Origin: a bacterium
Lineage (GTDB): Bacteria; SAR324; XYD2-FULL-50-16; G965216635
Length of the DNA: 64,000 nt
Reading direction: 5' to 3'
NCBI GenBank assembly: GCA_965216635.1
Contig: OZ244188.1
Location: 1,792,001 to 1,856,000 of the forward strand
Shown: positions 29,738-38,999 of the stretch, piece after piece
Layout of the letters: each line of letters starts with the position of its first letter
Position numbering within the stretch: the first letter of the stretch is position 1
Made by a program: the position numbers and the translations under genes
Notes under the pieces: generated by a model
The model's database searches: none
What the model was told of the DNA's origin: nothing
Seen by the model: only the letters and a program-made list of their open reading frames with translations

Positions 29738-30175
29738 ATGAGCGAAAAAATCATGAATGAGGAAAAAAAACGGTGGCAATATAGATTTGATAACTACAAA
29801 AGAGCCTACTTTTTATTGCAAGAAGCCATAGAAGAGAAATCACAAAGATCTTTAAGTCAACTTGAAAAGGAAGGCGTTATACAGAGGTTTGAATATTGTT
29901 GTGAACTAGCGTGGAAAACTATTAAAGATTATTTAGAAAGCCAAAATGTAGTGTTCATCCGAATTACACCTAGGGCTGTAATCAAAGAGGCTTTTGCCAG
30001 CAAACTCATATCTAACGGGCAAGATTGGATGGAAGCTTTAGATTCCCGCAATGCAATGAGCCACACCTATGATTTTAAAAAATTTGAGCTGGCAATAGAA
30101 GAAATAGAAAAAAAATACCTCGCCTGTTTCAGCGAACTTTATGAAACACTAGCAGAAAAAAACCTAGAAGAATGA
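29738..30175 (+). CDS. HEPN / nucleotidyltransferase substrate-binding protein (HI0074 family); start uncertain
   Basis: EGVIQRFEYCCELAWK, RNAMSH (Rx4H). Confidence 0.88.
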   Translation: MSEKIMNEEKKRWQYRFDNYKRAYFLLQEAIEEKSQRSLSQLEKEGVIQRFEYCCELAWKTIKDYLESQNVVFIRITPRAVIKEAFASKLISNGQDWMEALDSRNAMSHTYDFKKFELAIEEIEKKYLACFSELYETLAEKNLEE

Positions 30176-30498
30176 CTTTCAATCACGGATTACAACAGAA
30201 ACAATTAAAACTTATTAAAGATATTTGTAAAAACTTTGCCAACCATATTGATAAAATATCTTTTTTTGGATCTAGGGCTACCGGCTCTTATAAAGATTAT
30301 TCAGATATAGATATAGTTGTCTATGGCAACATTAGTGGAAAAGATATTCGGAATTTGTGGACACAATTTGACGAAAGTAGTTTGCCTTATAAGGTGGATA
30401 TTACTGCCTATCATTTAACCGTCTATAAACCATTAAAAGATCATATTGATAATTATAGTAAAATTTTATTTTCTAAAAAACAGCTAGTAGCTAAATGA
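30172..30498 (+). CDS. Minimal nucleotidyltransferase (MNT) antitoxin
   Basis: FGSRATG..SDIDI, LPYKVD; overlaps HEPN stop. Confidence 0.88.
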   Translation: MTFNHGLQQKQLKLIKDICKNFANHIDKISFFGSRATGSYKDYSDIDIVVYGNISGKDIRNLWTQFDESSLPYKVDITAYHLTVYKPLKDHIDNYSKILFSKKQLVAK

Positions 30499-30923
30499 GC
30501 GAAAAAAATAAACAAAAACCCAATCGGGGTTGTAATGACGATATATTGCTGGAGACTTTTGCTCTTTTGAAAAAAAAACTAACTCCATACTCTAAAAAAC
30601 TCACCGTTCATACAGACGAAAAAAAAAAATACGGACTTGTCGGAGATAAAGACTACACAACCACCTCACTAAAGACTGGCAAAACTACTACTAAACACGG
30701 AATGCACTTTGTAGATTTAATTATCCAAAAAGGCTACGTCGGATTTTACTTTATGTGTGCTTATACTGACCGTGATTTTATGAAAGATTTCTCCGAAGAA
30801 TTGCAAAAAAAACGCAAAGGGAAATCTTGCTTTTATTTCAAAAAACCCACAGAGATTACAGAAGAATTAGACAGGCTGCTAAAAAAAGGTTACGACTCCT
30901 TTCACCAAAAAAACTGGCTTTGA
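30495..30923 (+). CDS. DUF1801/YdhG-like protein
   Basis: QKGYVGFYFM, KGKSCFYFKK. Confidence 0.55.
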   Translation: MSEKNKQKPNRGCNDDILLETFALLKKKLTPYSKKLTVHTDEKKKYGLVGDKDYTTTSLKTGKTTTKHGMHFVDLIIQKGYVGFYFMCAYTDRDFMKDFSEELQKKRKGKSCFYFKKPTEITEELDRLLKKGYDSFHQKNWL

Positions 30924-30927
30924 AGGG

Positions 30928-32862
30928 CTATAAGTTGGAGTGATTTTTAATACTAACCTCCATCACATAATTCGCAAAATCTGCCGTTAAATTTCCCAGC
31001 TTATCCGCTGCTTCTTTAATCTTTAAAGGATTATCTTGTTTTAAGGCTATTTTTAGTTTTTCTTTTTGTGCTTGAACTTTTTGTAAAGTTTGTTCTTCAA
31101 AAAAATCTGCTGCGAGAGTCCAAGATTTTTCTAGTGCTTTTAAGATACTTTCTGCTTGAAAACGAAACTCTTGCAAGCGACTTTGCAAAAAATCCTGCTC
31201 TGCATTTACAATAGAGCTTTCAATCATCCCGTCTATTTCTTGTTGTCTTAGACCTTGGTCTGGAATCACTTCAATTTCCACTTCTACTCCGCTACGAAGT
31301 TCTTTAGCTGATACTTTCAAAAGCCCATTAGCATCCACTAAAAACTCTACTTCAATCCTAGGCAATCCTGCTGGCATATTTGGAATTCCTCGTAAAATAG
31401 CTTGACCTAAAAAACGGCAGTCTTTAACTAATTCTCGTTCTCCCTGATAGATATTGATAGCTACCGAAGTCTGCCCGTCTTTTTGGGTAGAAAAAGTTTC
31501 CATAGCTTTTGTGGGAATAGAAGAATTTTTTAAAATAAGTTTAGAAAAAACTCCGTCTAAAGTTTCAATACCTAAGGACAAAGGAATCACGTCTACAAGC
31601 AAAAAATCTCTCCTCTTACCTGCTAATAGATTTGCTTGGATAGCGGCTCCTATGGCAACTACTCTATCAGGGTCTATTCTCATACGCGGCGATTTCCCAA
31701 AAATTTCTGTAGCTAGCTTCCGCACAGCTGGGACTCTTGTGCTACCTCCTACCAAAATTATATCTTTTATTTCTTCTGTTTTTAAATTAGCGTCTCTTAG
31801 AGCAATTTTGGTATGCTCTTTTGTTTTTTCCAACAAAGGAGAAATAATTTTAGTGAACTCTTTTTGTTTAATCGTAAAATCTATAGTTTCTTGTCCTACT
31901 TGTAAAGGAATGCTTGCTTCCAAATGATTGGAAAGTTGAATTTTTAGCTGTTCCGCTTTTTTTTTGAGATAGCTTTTAAGAACAGGAGAACTCTGTTTTT
32001 TAGAATTTTTGTCCATAAAAAATTTTTGCTCTATAAAATCTATTAACAACTGATCAAAATCATCCCCCCCAAGATGAGAATTGCCATTTGTAGAAAGTAC
32101 TCTAAAAATTTTATTTTTTAATTCCAAAATAGAAACATCAAAAGTGCCTCCCCCTAAATCATAGATAGCAACCCTGCCTTGTTTTTTTTCTATGGCTTGA
32201 TTGTTTTCTGTAGCCTGATTGTTTTCTATGGCTTGATTGTTTTCTGTAGCCTGATTGTTTTCTATAGTTTGATTGTTTTCTGTAGCCTGATTGTTTTCTA
32301 TGGTTTGATTGTTTTCTGTAATGGGCGTCTCTCCGATACCGTAAGCAATGGCAGCTGCCGTTGGCTCGTTGATAATACGCACTACTTCAATTTGAGCAAT
32401 TTTAGCCGATTGCGTGGTCGCCAGTCTTTGCACCTCGTCAAAATAGGCTGGAACTGTAATGACTGCCCTTTCTATTTTTTGCTTTAAAATGATTTCTGCT
32501 ATAGCCTTGACTTTCTTTAAAACTTCTGCCGAAAGCTGTTCGGGAGTAAATTTTTCCTCGCCTAATAAAATTTGTCCTCTATCTCCTTCGCTAATCTGAT
32601 AGGGTAAGTTTTTTTGTTCTGCTTTTAAGTCTTTGTATTTTTTACCCATAAAAGGTTTGAAAGAAAAAAAAGTGCTTTGAGGATAATCCAACCTTTTAGC
32701 TACCGCTTCACTACCTACAATAAATTTTTCCTCTGCATAACAAACGACCGACGCCTGCCAACTAGAAAGATTTTCATCTTCTATAACTTCCGCTCCCGAT
32801 TCACTAACCCAAGCTGCCATACTGTTCGTGGTGCCTAAGTCTATTCCTATAAGTTCACTCAT
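30928..32862 (-). CDS. hscA: Hsp70-family chaperone, HscA-like, with hexapeptide-repeat insertion
   Basis: GIDLGTTNS, DLGGGTFDVS, DVIPLSLGIET, KDGQT...QGERELVKDCR (HscA-type). Confidence 0.8.
   Translation of the reverse strand: MSELIGIDLGTTNSMAAWVSESGAEVIEDENLSSWQASVVCYAEEKFIVGSEAVAKRLDYPQSTFFSFKPFMGKKYKDLKAEQKNLPYQISEGDRGQILLGEEKFTPEQLSAEVLKKVKAIAEIILKQKIERAVITVPAYFDEVQRLATTQSAKIAQIEVVRIINEPTAAAIAYGIGETPITENNQTIENNQATENNQTIENNQATENNQAIENNQATENNQAIEKKQGRVAIYDLGGGTFDVSILELKNKIFRVLSTNGNSHLGGDDFDQLLIDFIEQKFFMDKNSKKQSSPVLKSYLKKKAEQLKIQLSNHLEASIPLQVGQETIDFTIKQKEFTKIISPLLEKTKEHTKIALRDANLKTEEIKDIILVGGSTRVPAVRKLATEIFGKSPRMRIDPDRVVAIGAAIQANLLAGKRRDFLLVDVIPLSLGIETLDGVFSKLILKNSSIPTKAMETFSTQKDGQTSVAINIYQGERELVKDCRFLGQAILRGIPNMPAGLPRIEVEFLVDANGLLKVSAKELRSGVEVEIEVIPDQGLRQQEIDGMIESSIVNAEQDFLQSRLQEFRFQAESILKALEKSWTLAADFFEEQTLQKVQAQKEKLKIALKQDNPLKIKEAADKLGNLTADFANYVMEVSIKNHSNL
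32180..32319 (-). repeat. In-frame 18-bp tandem repeat x7 (ENNQ[TA][IT]) inside hscA
   Basis: Read directly in DNA and protein. Confidence 0.95.
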
Positions 32863-32918
32863 TTTTAATAATTTATTATTATTGTAGTTTATAAAAAAAT
32901 TGAAAAAAAAGAAAATTT

Positions 32919-33248
32919 ATGAAACAAATAGCTTTATTGTTAGAAAACAAGCAAAAAAGAGCAATGAATAAAATTTGTATAGAATCAAAACTGAAGGTTT
33001 CTGTGATAAAAGAAGGAGACTCTTTTATAGCAAACAGTCCAGCATTAGCTCTAGCTTCTTTTGGAGATACGCCTGAAAAAGCTATAAGTAATTTTGAAGA
33101 AGCAGCCCAATTATTTGTGGAAGATTGTGTAAAGCAAGGAACACTTTATGATGTTTTAATTTCTTGCGGTTGGAAAAAAGAAAAACAGCAGCTAATACCT
33201 CCTCAAATCGTAGCCACAAAAAATATTTCTATGCCTGCTGTCGTTTGA
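32919..33248 (+). CDS. HicB-like antitoxin
   Basis: KEGDSFIANSPALALASFGDTPEKAISNFEEA. Confidence 0.75.
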   Translation: MKQIALLLENKQKRAMNKICIESKLKVSVIKEGDSFIANSPALALASFGDTPEKAISNFEEAAQLFVEDCVKQGTLYDVLISCGWKKEKQQLIPPQIVATKNISMPAVV

Positions 33249-33466
33249 TGCCAAGACTCTCTACCCTAAAATTTTAAGAGTTAGAAAAAATTGTTTTAGC
33301 TTATGGTTATCAATTCAAAAAGCAGACAGGTAGCCATAAAAAATATTCTAAAACTGGAGTAAGAAGAGCTATCATTTTCCACCATAAAAAATATTCTAAA
33401 ACTGGAGTAAGAAGAGCTATCGTTTTCCACCCTAAAAAAGATATTCCTTTATTTAAGGACGACTAA
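33248..33466 (+). pseudogene. HicA-like toxin pseudogene
   Basis: MPRLSTLKF*ELEKIVLAYGYQFKKQTGSHKKYSK...; TAA at codon 10, 48-bp internal duplication (33334/33382), truncated end. Confidence 0.8.
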
Positions 33467-33537
33467 GTAGAAATTCCTGTAGGAGACACCTTGGACGTTT
33501 TTTGGCAGGCGAATTTTTTACTAACGTCAAATAGTGC

Positions 33538-33716
33538 CCTGCAGAATTACTCAAGCAAAATGTTCTCTGCAGAATTACTCAAGCAAAATGTTCCCTGCAG
33601 AATTACTCAAGCAAAATGTTCCCTGCAGAATTACTCAAGCAAAATGTTCCTTGCAGAATTACTCAAGCAAAATGTTCCTTGCAGAATTACTCAAGCAAAA
33701 TGTTCCTTGCAGAATT
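33538..33716. repeat. 28-bp VNTR, 6 full units + partial (gcagaattactcaagcaaaatgttcYYt)
   Basis: Units at 33541, 33569, 33597, 33625, 33653, 33681, 33709; no spacers. Confidence 0.95.
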
Positions 33717-33812
33717 TCACTAAAACTGAGTCTCTTCTGTAGAACCAGTCAAAGCAGTGACTGAAATTTTACCCTTTGAATGCCTATTTCAGCAATGCTA
33801 GATGTTTTTTCT

Positions 33813-34067
33813 CTATGAAATTATAACGTCTAACTCACCTTTATCTTCCAAAGCATATAATTCATTGCAGCCTCCTATTCGTTTATTATCAACAAATATC
33901 TGAGGCACAGAGGTTTCTCCTTCTGCCTTTTTTATCATTTCCTCCATTTTTTCGGGGTTTTTCTCTACATCTATATCTTGATAGGAGACATTTTTTGCTT
34001 GCAGTAAGTTTTTTGCTTGTATGCAAAAAGGGCAAGTTTCTCTAGAGTATATTATTATTTCTTTCAT
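33813..34067 (-). CDS. grxC: Glutaredoxin 3
   Basis: CPFC, SVPQIF, IGGC. Confidence 0.92.
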   Translation of the reverse strand: MKEIIIYSRETCPFCIQAKNLLQAKNVSYQDIDVEKNPEKMEEMIKKAEGETSVPQIFVDNKRIGGCNELYALEDKGELDVIIS

Positions 34068-34080
34068 TTTCTTAAAATTG

Positions 34081-35004
34081 TTAATTATTAGAAATAGATT
34101 CCTTCACCAATTCTACTTGTTCTGTATCAAAAATTTTTAAATTTTGCAAAGCATAGGCAATCTGTATTAAAGATTTTTGCATATTTACAATATCTTCTTC
34201 TGTAGGATTTAGGTTTTGTTGTGCATAACGGATAAATCTTTTGAAAGTTTGCGGTTGTATCTTTTCCTTGCTTTCTATCTTTTTTTGCTCACAAAAATCG
34301 TCAAAAAAAATATCTGTATCTTCTAAAACCAAATCTATATTTTCTGGTGCTAGATTTTTAATCTCTTCTTGTATCTGGTTTTTCAATTCTGCTATTTCGC
34401 TTAAAGGCTCTTTTGTTAGGTCTTCAAAATCTACAGACTCTGGTGCCTCTTTTGCTGGTGTTTCTATTTCGCTATACTGGTTAAATTTAGCATGAAACTC
34501 TGCTTCGTATTCTTCTAGCACTTGATAAATGTTTTCCTTGCCAATTTCTTTTTCAATCAATTTATATTGAGAAAGAAATTGATAGTACCGAGCTACAATG
34601 AGGTGATTATAGAAAGGATGCACTTTTTCTTCCTGCATAAAGTGGATTAAATACTGAAAGCCCGCATATTCTGTTTGTTGGTTCGCCGATAGCTTTTTTT
34701 GGAGCTTTTGGATTGCTTCTATAAATTGCTGACTTACCTTCTTATCAACCCACTCTAGTATTTGATCGGGAATATCTTTTCCTTGAGAGAAAAGGCTTTT
34801 TAATTTTTCTTCCTCTATAGTGATGGCTTGAATTTCGGGTGTAAAAGCATAAACAGCTACTTTAGATAAGAATTGTTGAACTTTTTTTTCTGTAGGCTTG
34901 CCAACTTTAGGTGTTTTCTTTTGCAGGTGCTGTTTTTTACGATTTTGCTTAGCTGTTTTTCTTTTTAAGATGCCAGCCTTAACTTTTTTCTTTTTTTTTG
35001 CCAT
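34081..35004 (-). CDS. Hypothetical protein with very basic N-terminus
   Basis: 307-aa ORF; no family recognised. Confidence 0.6.
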   Translation of the reverse strand: MAKKKKKVKAGILKRKTAKQNRKKQHLQKKTPKVGKPTEKKVQQFLSKVAVYAFTPEIQAITIEEEKLKSLFSQGKDIPDQILEWVDKKVSQQFIEAIQKLQKKLSANQQTEYAGFQYLIHFMQEEKVHPFYNHLIVARYYQFLSQYKLIEKEIGKENIYQVLEEYEAEFHAKFNQYSEIETPAKEAPESVDFEDLTKEPLSEIAELKNQIQEEIKNLAPENIDLVLEDTDIFFDDFCEQKKIESKEKIQPQTFKRFIRYAQQNLNPTEEDIVNMQKSLIQIAYALQNLKIFDTEQVELVKESISNN

Positions 35005-35024
35005 ATTTTTAAGAGATCTTTTTA

Positions 35025-35165
35025 AACATTATAGGAAACTGAACAAGGCAAAAAATTTTAACTTCGTATAGCCTCCTAATTAAATAACTAGAATGTCTAA
35101 TTCTTAGGTCTATCTTATGCGGGTAAGAGAGTATTCCAAGAATTAAATTTTTTTTTTAACGATGC
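35025..35165. mobile_element. MITE-like element, copy C
   Basis: cattataggaaa..acaaggc shared with copy A; 37-bp block shared (inverted) with copy B. Confidence 0.55.
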
Positions 35166-35189
35166 ATAGCTGAACTAGAATGTCTAATT

Positions 35190-35756
35190 TTAAGTATTGG
35201 AGAGAAACCACTGTAACGCAATAATAGTTTTAGAATCCATAATTTTATTGTTTTTTAAAAGTTTAGCAATTTTCTCTTTTTTAAAATAACAAACTTTAAT
35301 ATCTTCTTCTTTGTCTTGTAACTCTGTAAAGTTTTTCATTCTTTGTGATTGAGATGCTTTTGCAAAAAAAATATGCATTATCTGATCAGAGATGCCAGCA
35401 CTGGAATAAAAATGGTAAATTTTTTCTAAATTTTCTACAAGATAGCCCGTTTCTTCCTTGACTTCACGGATAGCCGCCGCTAGCGGATCTTCTCCTTTTT
35501 CTAGCAAGCCTGCAATAATTTCTAGCATCCAAGCATCGCCCGTCCGAGCGGCAGAGTAGCGAAATTGCTCTACTAATACTAGTTCTTCTGTATCTTTAAT
35601 TTGTAATAGCACAGCTGCTACAGCAGCTCTTTTGAGCGCTATTCTATGAATTTTTTTAGTATTTCCATCGTAGCAGTCTATTTCTAAATCTACCTGTTCA
35701 ATATCAAAAAATTTATTCTTAAAAAGATTTTCTCTCTGTAAAATCTCGTATTTCAT
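35190..35756 (-). CDS. NUDIX hydrolase, ADP-ribose pyrophosphatase-like
   Basis: LVEQFRY, AGLLEKGEDPLAAAIREVKEETGY Nudix box, DSKTIIALQW. Confidence 0.88.
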   Translation of the reverse strand: MKYEILQRENLFKNKFFDIEQVDLEIDCYDGNTKKIHRIALKRAAVAAVLLQIKDTEELVLVEQFRYSAARTGDAWMLEIIAGLLEKGEDPLAAAIREVKEETGYLVENLEKIYHFYSSAGISDQIMHIFFAKASQSQRMKNFTELQDKEEDIKVCYFKKEKIAKLLKNNKIMDSKTIIALQWFLSNT

Positions 35757-36070
35757 TGTTCTTCTTTGGTTTTAAGAAAAAGATTAGATTTGTCCATGTT
35801 TTTTATGCTCTCCATTTCAATTTCTAGTTCAGGGCTTTTAGAATTGTCGTAAAATTGATCTTCAAAAGGTTTTTTAGAAGAGGCTTCGTTTTTCAATTTT
35901 GCATCCAAGTGAGTCCTATTGAAATTTTCTTTCTTTATCAAACCTTCTAGGTTTTCTTTGTTTAAGTTTTTATAAAAAAGTCGTAGGATAATCAAAACAC
36001 TCAACAAAAAAACTAAAATCAGTACCCAGTAGTGGAGCTCTAAGTAGGCTAAAACTGCATTTACAGACAT
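35753..36070 (-). CDS. Hypothetical single-TM protein
   Basis: 105-aa ORF overlapping the NUDIX start. Confidence 0.55.
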   Translation of the reverse strand: MSVNAVLAYLELHYWVLILVFLLSVLIILRLFYKNLNKENLEGLIKKENFNRTHLDAKLKNEASSKKPFEDQFYDNSKSPELEIEMESIKNMDKSNLFLKTKEEQ

Positions 36071-36075
36071 AAATT

Positions 36076-36993
36076 TTATAAAGTAAATTTCAATTTTTCT
36101 GGAATATACTCCAATCTCCTTATAGATTCTTGGTAGTATTTTTCATTCATTTCAAACCCAATAAATTTTCTCTCTAGTTGTTTTGCTGCAATAGCTGTAG
36201 AACCCGAACCTATAAAAGGATCTAACACAATTTGATCTTCTCTGGTTGTGAGTTTTATGAGATATTTTAGCAGAGATAAGGGTTTTTGTGCTTCGTGTAT
36301 CCTTGCTTCGTCTTTTTCAAAACCAAATTCTAATAGGTTTGTAGGACTTGAATTATTTAATTTAGCATTTTCTGTATTAATTGCACCAATTTCATTTTCT
36401 ATAATATTATCAGCAATAGTTCCTCCGATTTTATAAGGCTTGGTGAACCAAGCAATGGGCTCCCATATAGGAGCTAAGTTTCCTAATCTCCAACCGCTCC
36501 ATTTTTCTGCTGCTTCTAATAAACCTCTTCGTTCAAAAATAATACTTACCCTTTGAGCTCTGTGATGAGCGGATGGCTTTTTCCAAGCTAGTATATCCTT
36601 GAGTAAAAAACCACTATCTTCTAGTGCATTAATAACTCTGTGAATTGTCCTTCTTGCCCCAAAAACAAATAAAAAAGAGCCTTTCTTCATTTTTGGATAA
36701 ACTTTTGTAGCCCAGTCTTGACACCAATTTTGGCATTCTCGCCCTATATTTCTATCCGATTGCGACCAACCGTTGATAGGTTTTCCTCTACGTTTGAAAG
36801 CTGTTTTATCTTTTTGAGCAGGCGAACTGCCTAGCAAAGCAGAATTTGTATTGTTATGTAAAACATCCCAATCATCCAAAGAAATACCATAAGGAATATC
36901 CGATAAAAATAAATCTACAGAATTATTGGCAAGATTTGGTAGATAATCCATACAGTCTCCCAAAGTAATACCGTCTAAATATTTTTCATTCAT
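36076..36993 (-). CDS. DNA adenine methyltransferase, M.HindIII-like
   Basis: SDIPYGI..WDVLHNNTNSALLG, FKRRGKPINGWS, HRAQR, AQKP, DPFIGSG. Confidence 0.88.
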   Translation of the reverse strand: MNEKYLDGITLGDCMDYLPNLANNSVDLFLSDIPYGISLDDWDVLHNNTNSALLGSSPAQKDKTAFKRRGKPINGWSQSDRNIGRECQNWCQDWATKVYPKMKKGSFLFVFGARRTIHRVINALEDSGFLLKDILAWKKPSAHHRAQRVSIIFERRGLLEAAEKWSGWRLGNLAPIWEPIAWFTKPYKIGGTIADNIIENEIGAINTENAKLNNSSPTNLLEFGFEKDEARIHEAQKPLSLLKYLIKLTTREDQIVLDPFIGSGSTAIAAKQLERKFIGFEMNEKYYQESIRRLEYIPEKLKFTL

Positions 36994-37504
36994 ACTTTGG
37001 CCATTTTCTCAAAATTATTATTTGTAATACCATTGATAAACAGCATCTTATTTTCAATCTTAAAGGTTTCCCATGTTTCCAATTATCCATAGCTCGCACC
37101 TTAAAGTCTTTTTGGTTTTTAGCAGTGCGACTTATTCTAAACGCTTTTGCGTCAGCTACAAAACTATAATCATCGGTTAGGCATTCTACATCGGCTACAT
37201 CTGCTCTTTTTCTTATAACTAAACTATCAAATCCTAATGCTTTGTAAGCTTCGCTAATTATTATATCTGTATATTTAGAATACAGCTTTTCTTCAGTTGT
37301 AACATGGTGGTATTTTTCAGGGACAGCACCACACATTCTTAAATGACCAAGCAAACAAGAAATCCCTTTTTTTTGGATTTCTTGATTTATATCTGTTTCA
37401 ATTTTTTCGACATTGAAACTGAAATTATTCCCTGAATTATAAAGTTTATCTATCCAGTAATTTCTGTCCTCAATTTGTTTTTTTGTGATTATTTCTAAAG
37501 ACAT
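36986..37504 (-). pseudogene. HindIII-like restriction endonuclease, internally deleted/frameshifted
   Basis: EEKLYSKYTD, VADAKAFRISRTAKNQKDFKV then abrupt loss of similarity after WKHGKP; 172 aa versus ~300 aa for HindIII. Confidence 0.75.
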
Positions 37505-37574
37505 TTTTTATAGAAAAAATTGACATTTTTAAATTTGCTAAATTTTTAAAACGAGAATCAGATTTATTATAATT

Positions 37575-38999
37575 TTATTTTCTCTTTTTTATCTTGCTAT
37601 AATTTTTAATAAAAAACCACTTTCCTTTAAAACCAATTTTACGACATAATTGCTTATAGTATTGCTTTAAAATTATAGTTTTATATAAAGGTAATTGCAG
37701 AATACTTTTATCAACAAAATTTTTTGCATTTTTTAAAAAAATGATTTTCAGAGGAAAACTTTTTGTCCAGTAGTTAGATTCTTTATTTTGGCAACAAAAA
37801 ATAGCGTCAAAATATGGAACTAAAAGCTCTTTTCTATGAGACTTTTGCAATAGACTAAATAATTTATCCACATACTTTTTTTCTTCTCTCCAATCTACTC
37901 TATTGTCTAAACTTTTTAAAGACTCGTAGTACATGTTAACCAAGTCTTTTTTTCCTAGATTACCAATTTTTGGGAGTATTTTGTCTATAGTATGTTTTCT
38001 TTTAGCCAAGCTAATACCTTTTATATTTCCATAAGCAATTGGTGTGATGCCATTAGGAGGAATATTTTTAATGCAAACTTTATGAAATATAGGATTTCTA
38101 TTAGTTTTAATGGCTTCTTTTTTCTCAATAAAATCGCTTATTAAAGCAAAAAGATTGTACTTATTTAAACACTTATCTCTAGCTTCTTCTATTTTTTTTT
38201 GAGATTTTTCAAAGGTATTATTGGAGATAATTTTTTCTATAATTGAAATTGCTTTGTCTGGGTTTTTAATATCAATTCGCGACAACATTCCTTTATCAAA
38301 ATATTTTTCAATATTAGGACAGCCGTAATAGATGGGATGGCAAAAAGAAAGAAATGCATCCGAGAGTTTTTCGGTCCAGTAATCTTTATAAGATGAATTT
38401 TCTAATGCAATATGATATTTATAAGGAGCTAAAGCATCCCATTTGTCCCCTACTTTCTTTATTCCTCTCCCAAAAATATCTATTTTATTAGCGAAGTGAT
38501 TTTTTAATTTCGCTACAAAAATTTTTCTTTCCTCATAATCTACTGTAAAAGTTTTTGGCGAACAAATTACAGAAATTAATTTATTTTTTCTTGGTTGTTT
38601 TTGAGACAATAACTGGTTGTAATTTTTGTTATCATTTATACACTTGGTAAATTGTAAAATTTTACCAACAAACCAAGGTAGCCCTTGTTGATAAAAAATA
38701 TTATTTTTGTGTTGAATGTAGTCGTGACAACTAATGATATTTGCAAACTGATCTGTAAAAGCTTTTTCATATTGAAGAAGATGAGGAGGTTCATTGCTAA
38801 TGAGCAGTGTGTTTTCTTTAGGGCATAGTAAGGTCTCTGTTTTGTTTGTTATTCCGTAGACTACCCAGTAGTCACATTTTTTTATATTCTTATTAATATA
38901 AAATTCGCATCTACCCCATTTAGCAGAATTATTTGGAGTTTGCGTCTCAACCCGCATTTCTCTCAATTCAAAACTTAATTTAACTCTAATTTTTTTCAT
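37575..38999 (-). CDS. GT10 (fucosyltransferase-like) glycosyltransferase, paralog B
   Basis: YKYHIALENS..DYWTEKLSDAF, PIYYG. Confidence 0.8.
   Translation of the reverse strand: MKKIRVKLSFELREMRVETQTPNNSAKWGRCEFYINKNIKKCDYWVVYGITNKTETLLCPKENTLLISNEPPHLLQYEKAFTDQFANIISCHDYIQHKNNIFYQQGLPWFVGKILQFTKCINDNKNYNQLLSQKQPRKNKLISVICSPKTFTVDYEERKIFVAKLKNHFANKIDIFGRGIKKVGDKWDALAPYKYHIALENSSYKDYWTEKLSDAFLSFCHPIYYGCPNIEKYFDKGMLSRIDIKNPDKAISIIEKIISNNTFEKSQKKIEEARDKCLNKYNLFALISDFIEKKEAIKTNRNPIFHKVCIKNIPPNGITPIAYGNIKGISLAKRKHTIDKILPKIGNLGKKDLVNMYYESLKSLDNRVDWREEKKYVDKLFSLLQKSHRKELLVPYFDAIFCCQNKESNYWTKSFPLKIIFLKNAKNFVDKSILQLPLYKTIILKQYYKQLCRKIGFKGKWFFIKNYSKIKKRK

Noticed and set aside
32179..32487. 102-aa + strand ORF
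   Set aside because: Antisense shadow of the hscA 18-bp repeat
30928..32862. Canonical dnaK
   Set aside because: KDGQT/ERELVKDCR and DVIPLSLG signatures fit HscA better; no grpE/dnaJ nearby
33538..33716. CRISPR array
   Set aside because: Units are head-to-tail with no unique spacers; no cas genes in the window
33491..33764. ORFs of 83 and 76 aa
   Set aside because: By-products of the stop-free 28-bp VNTR
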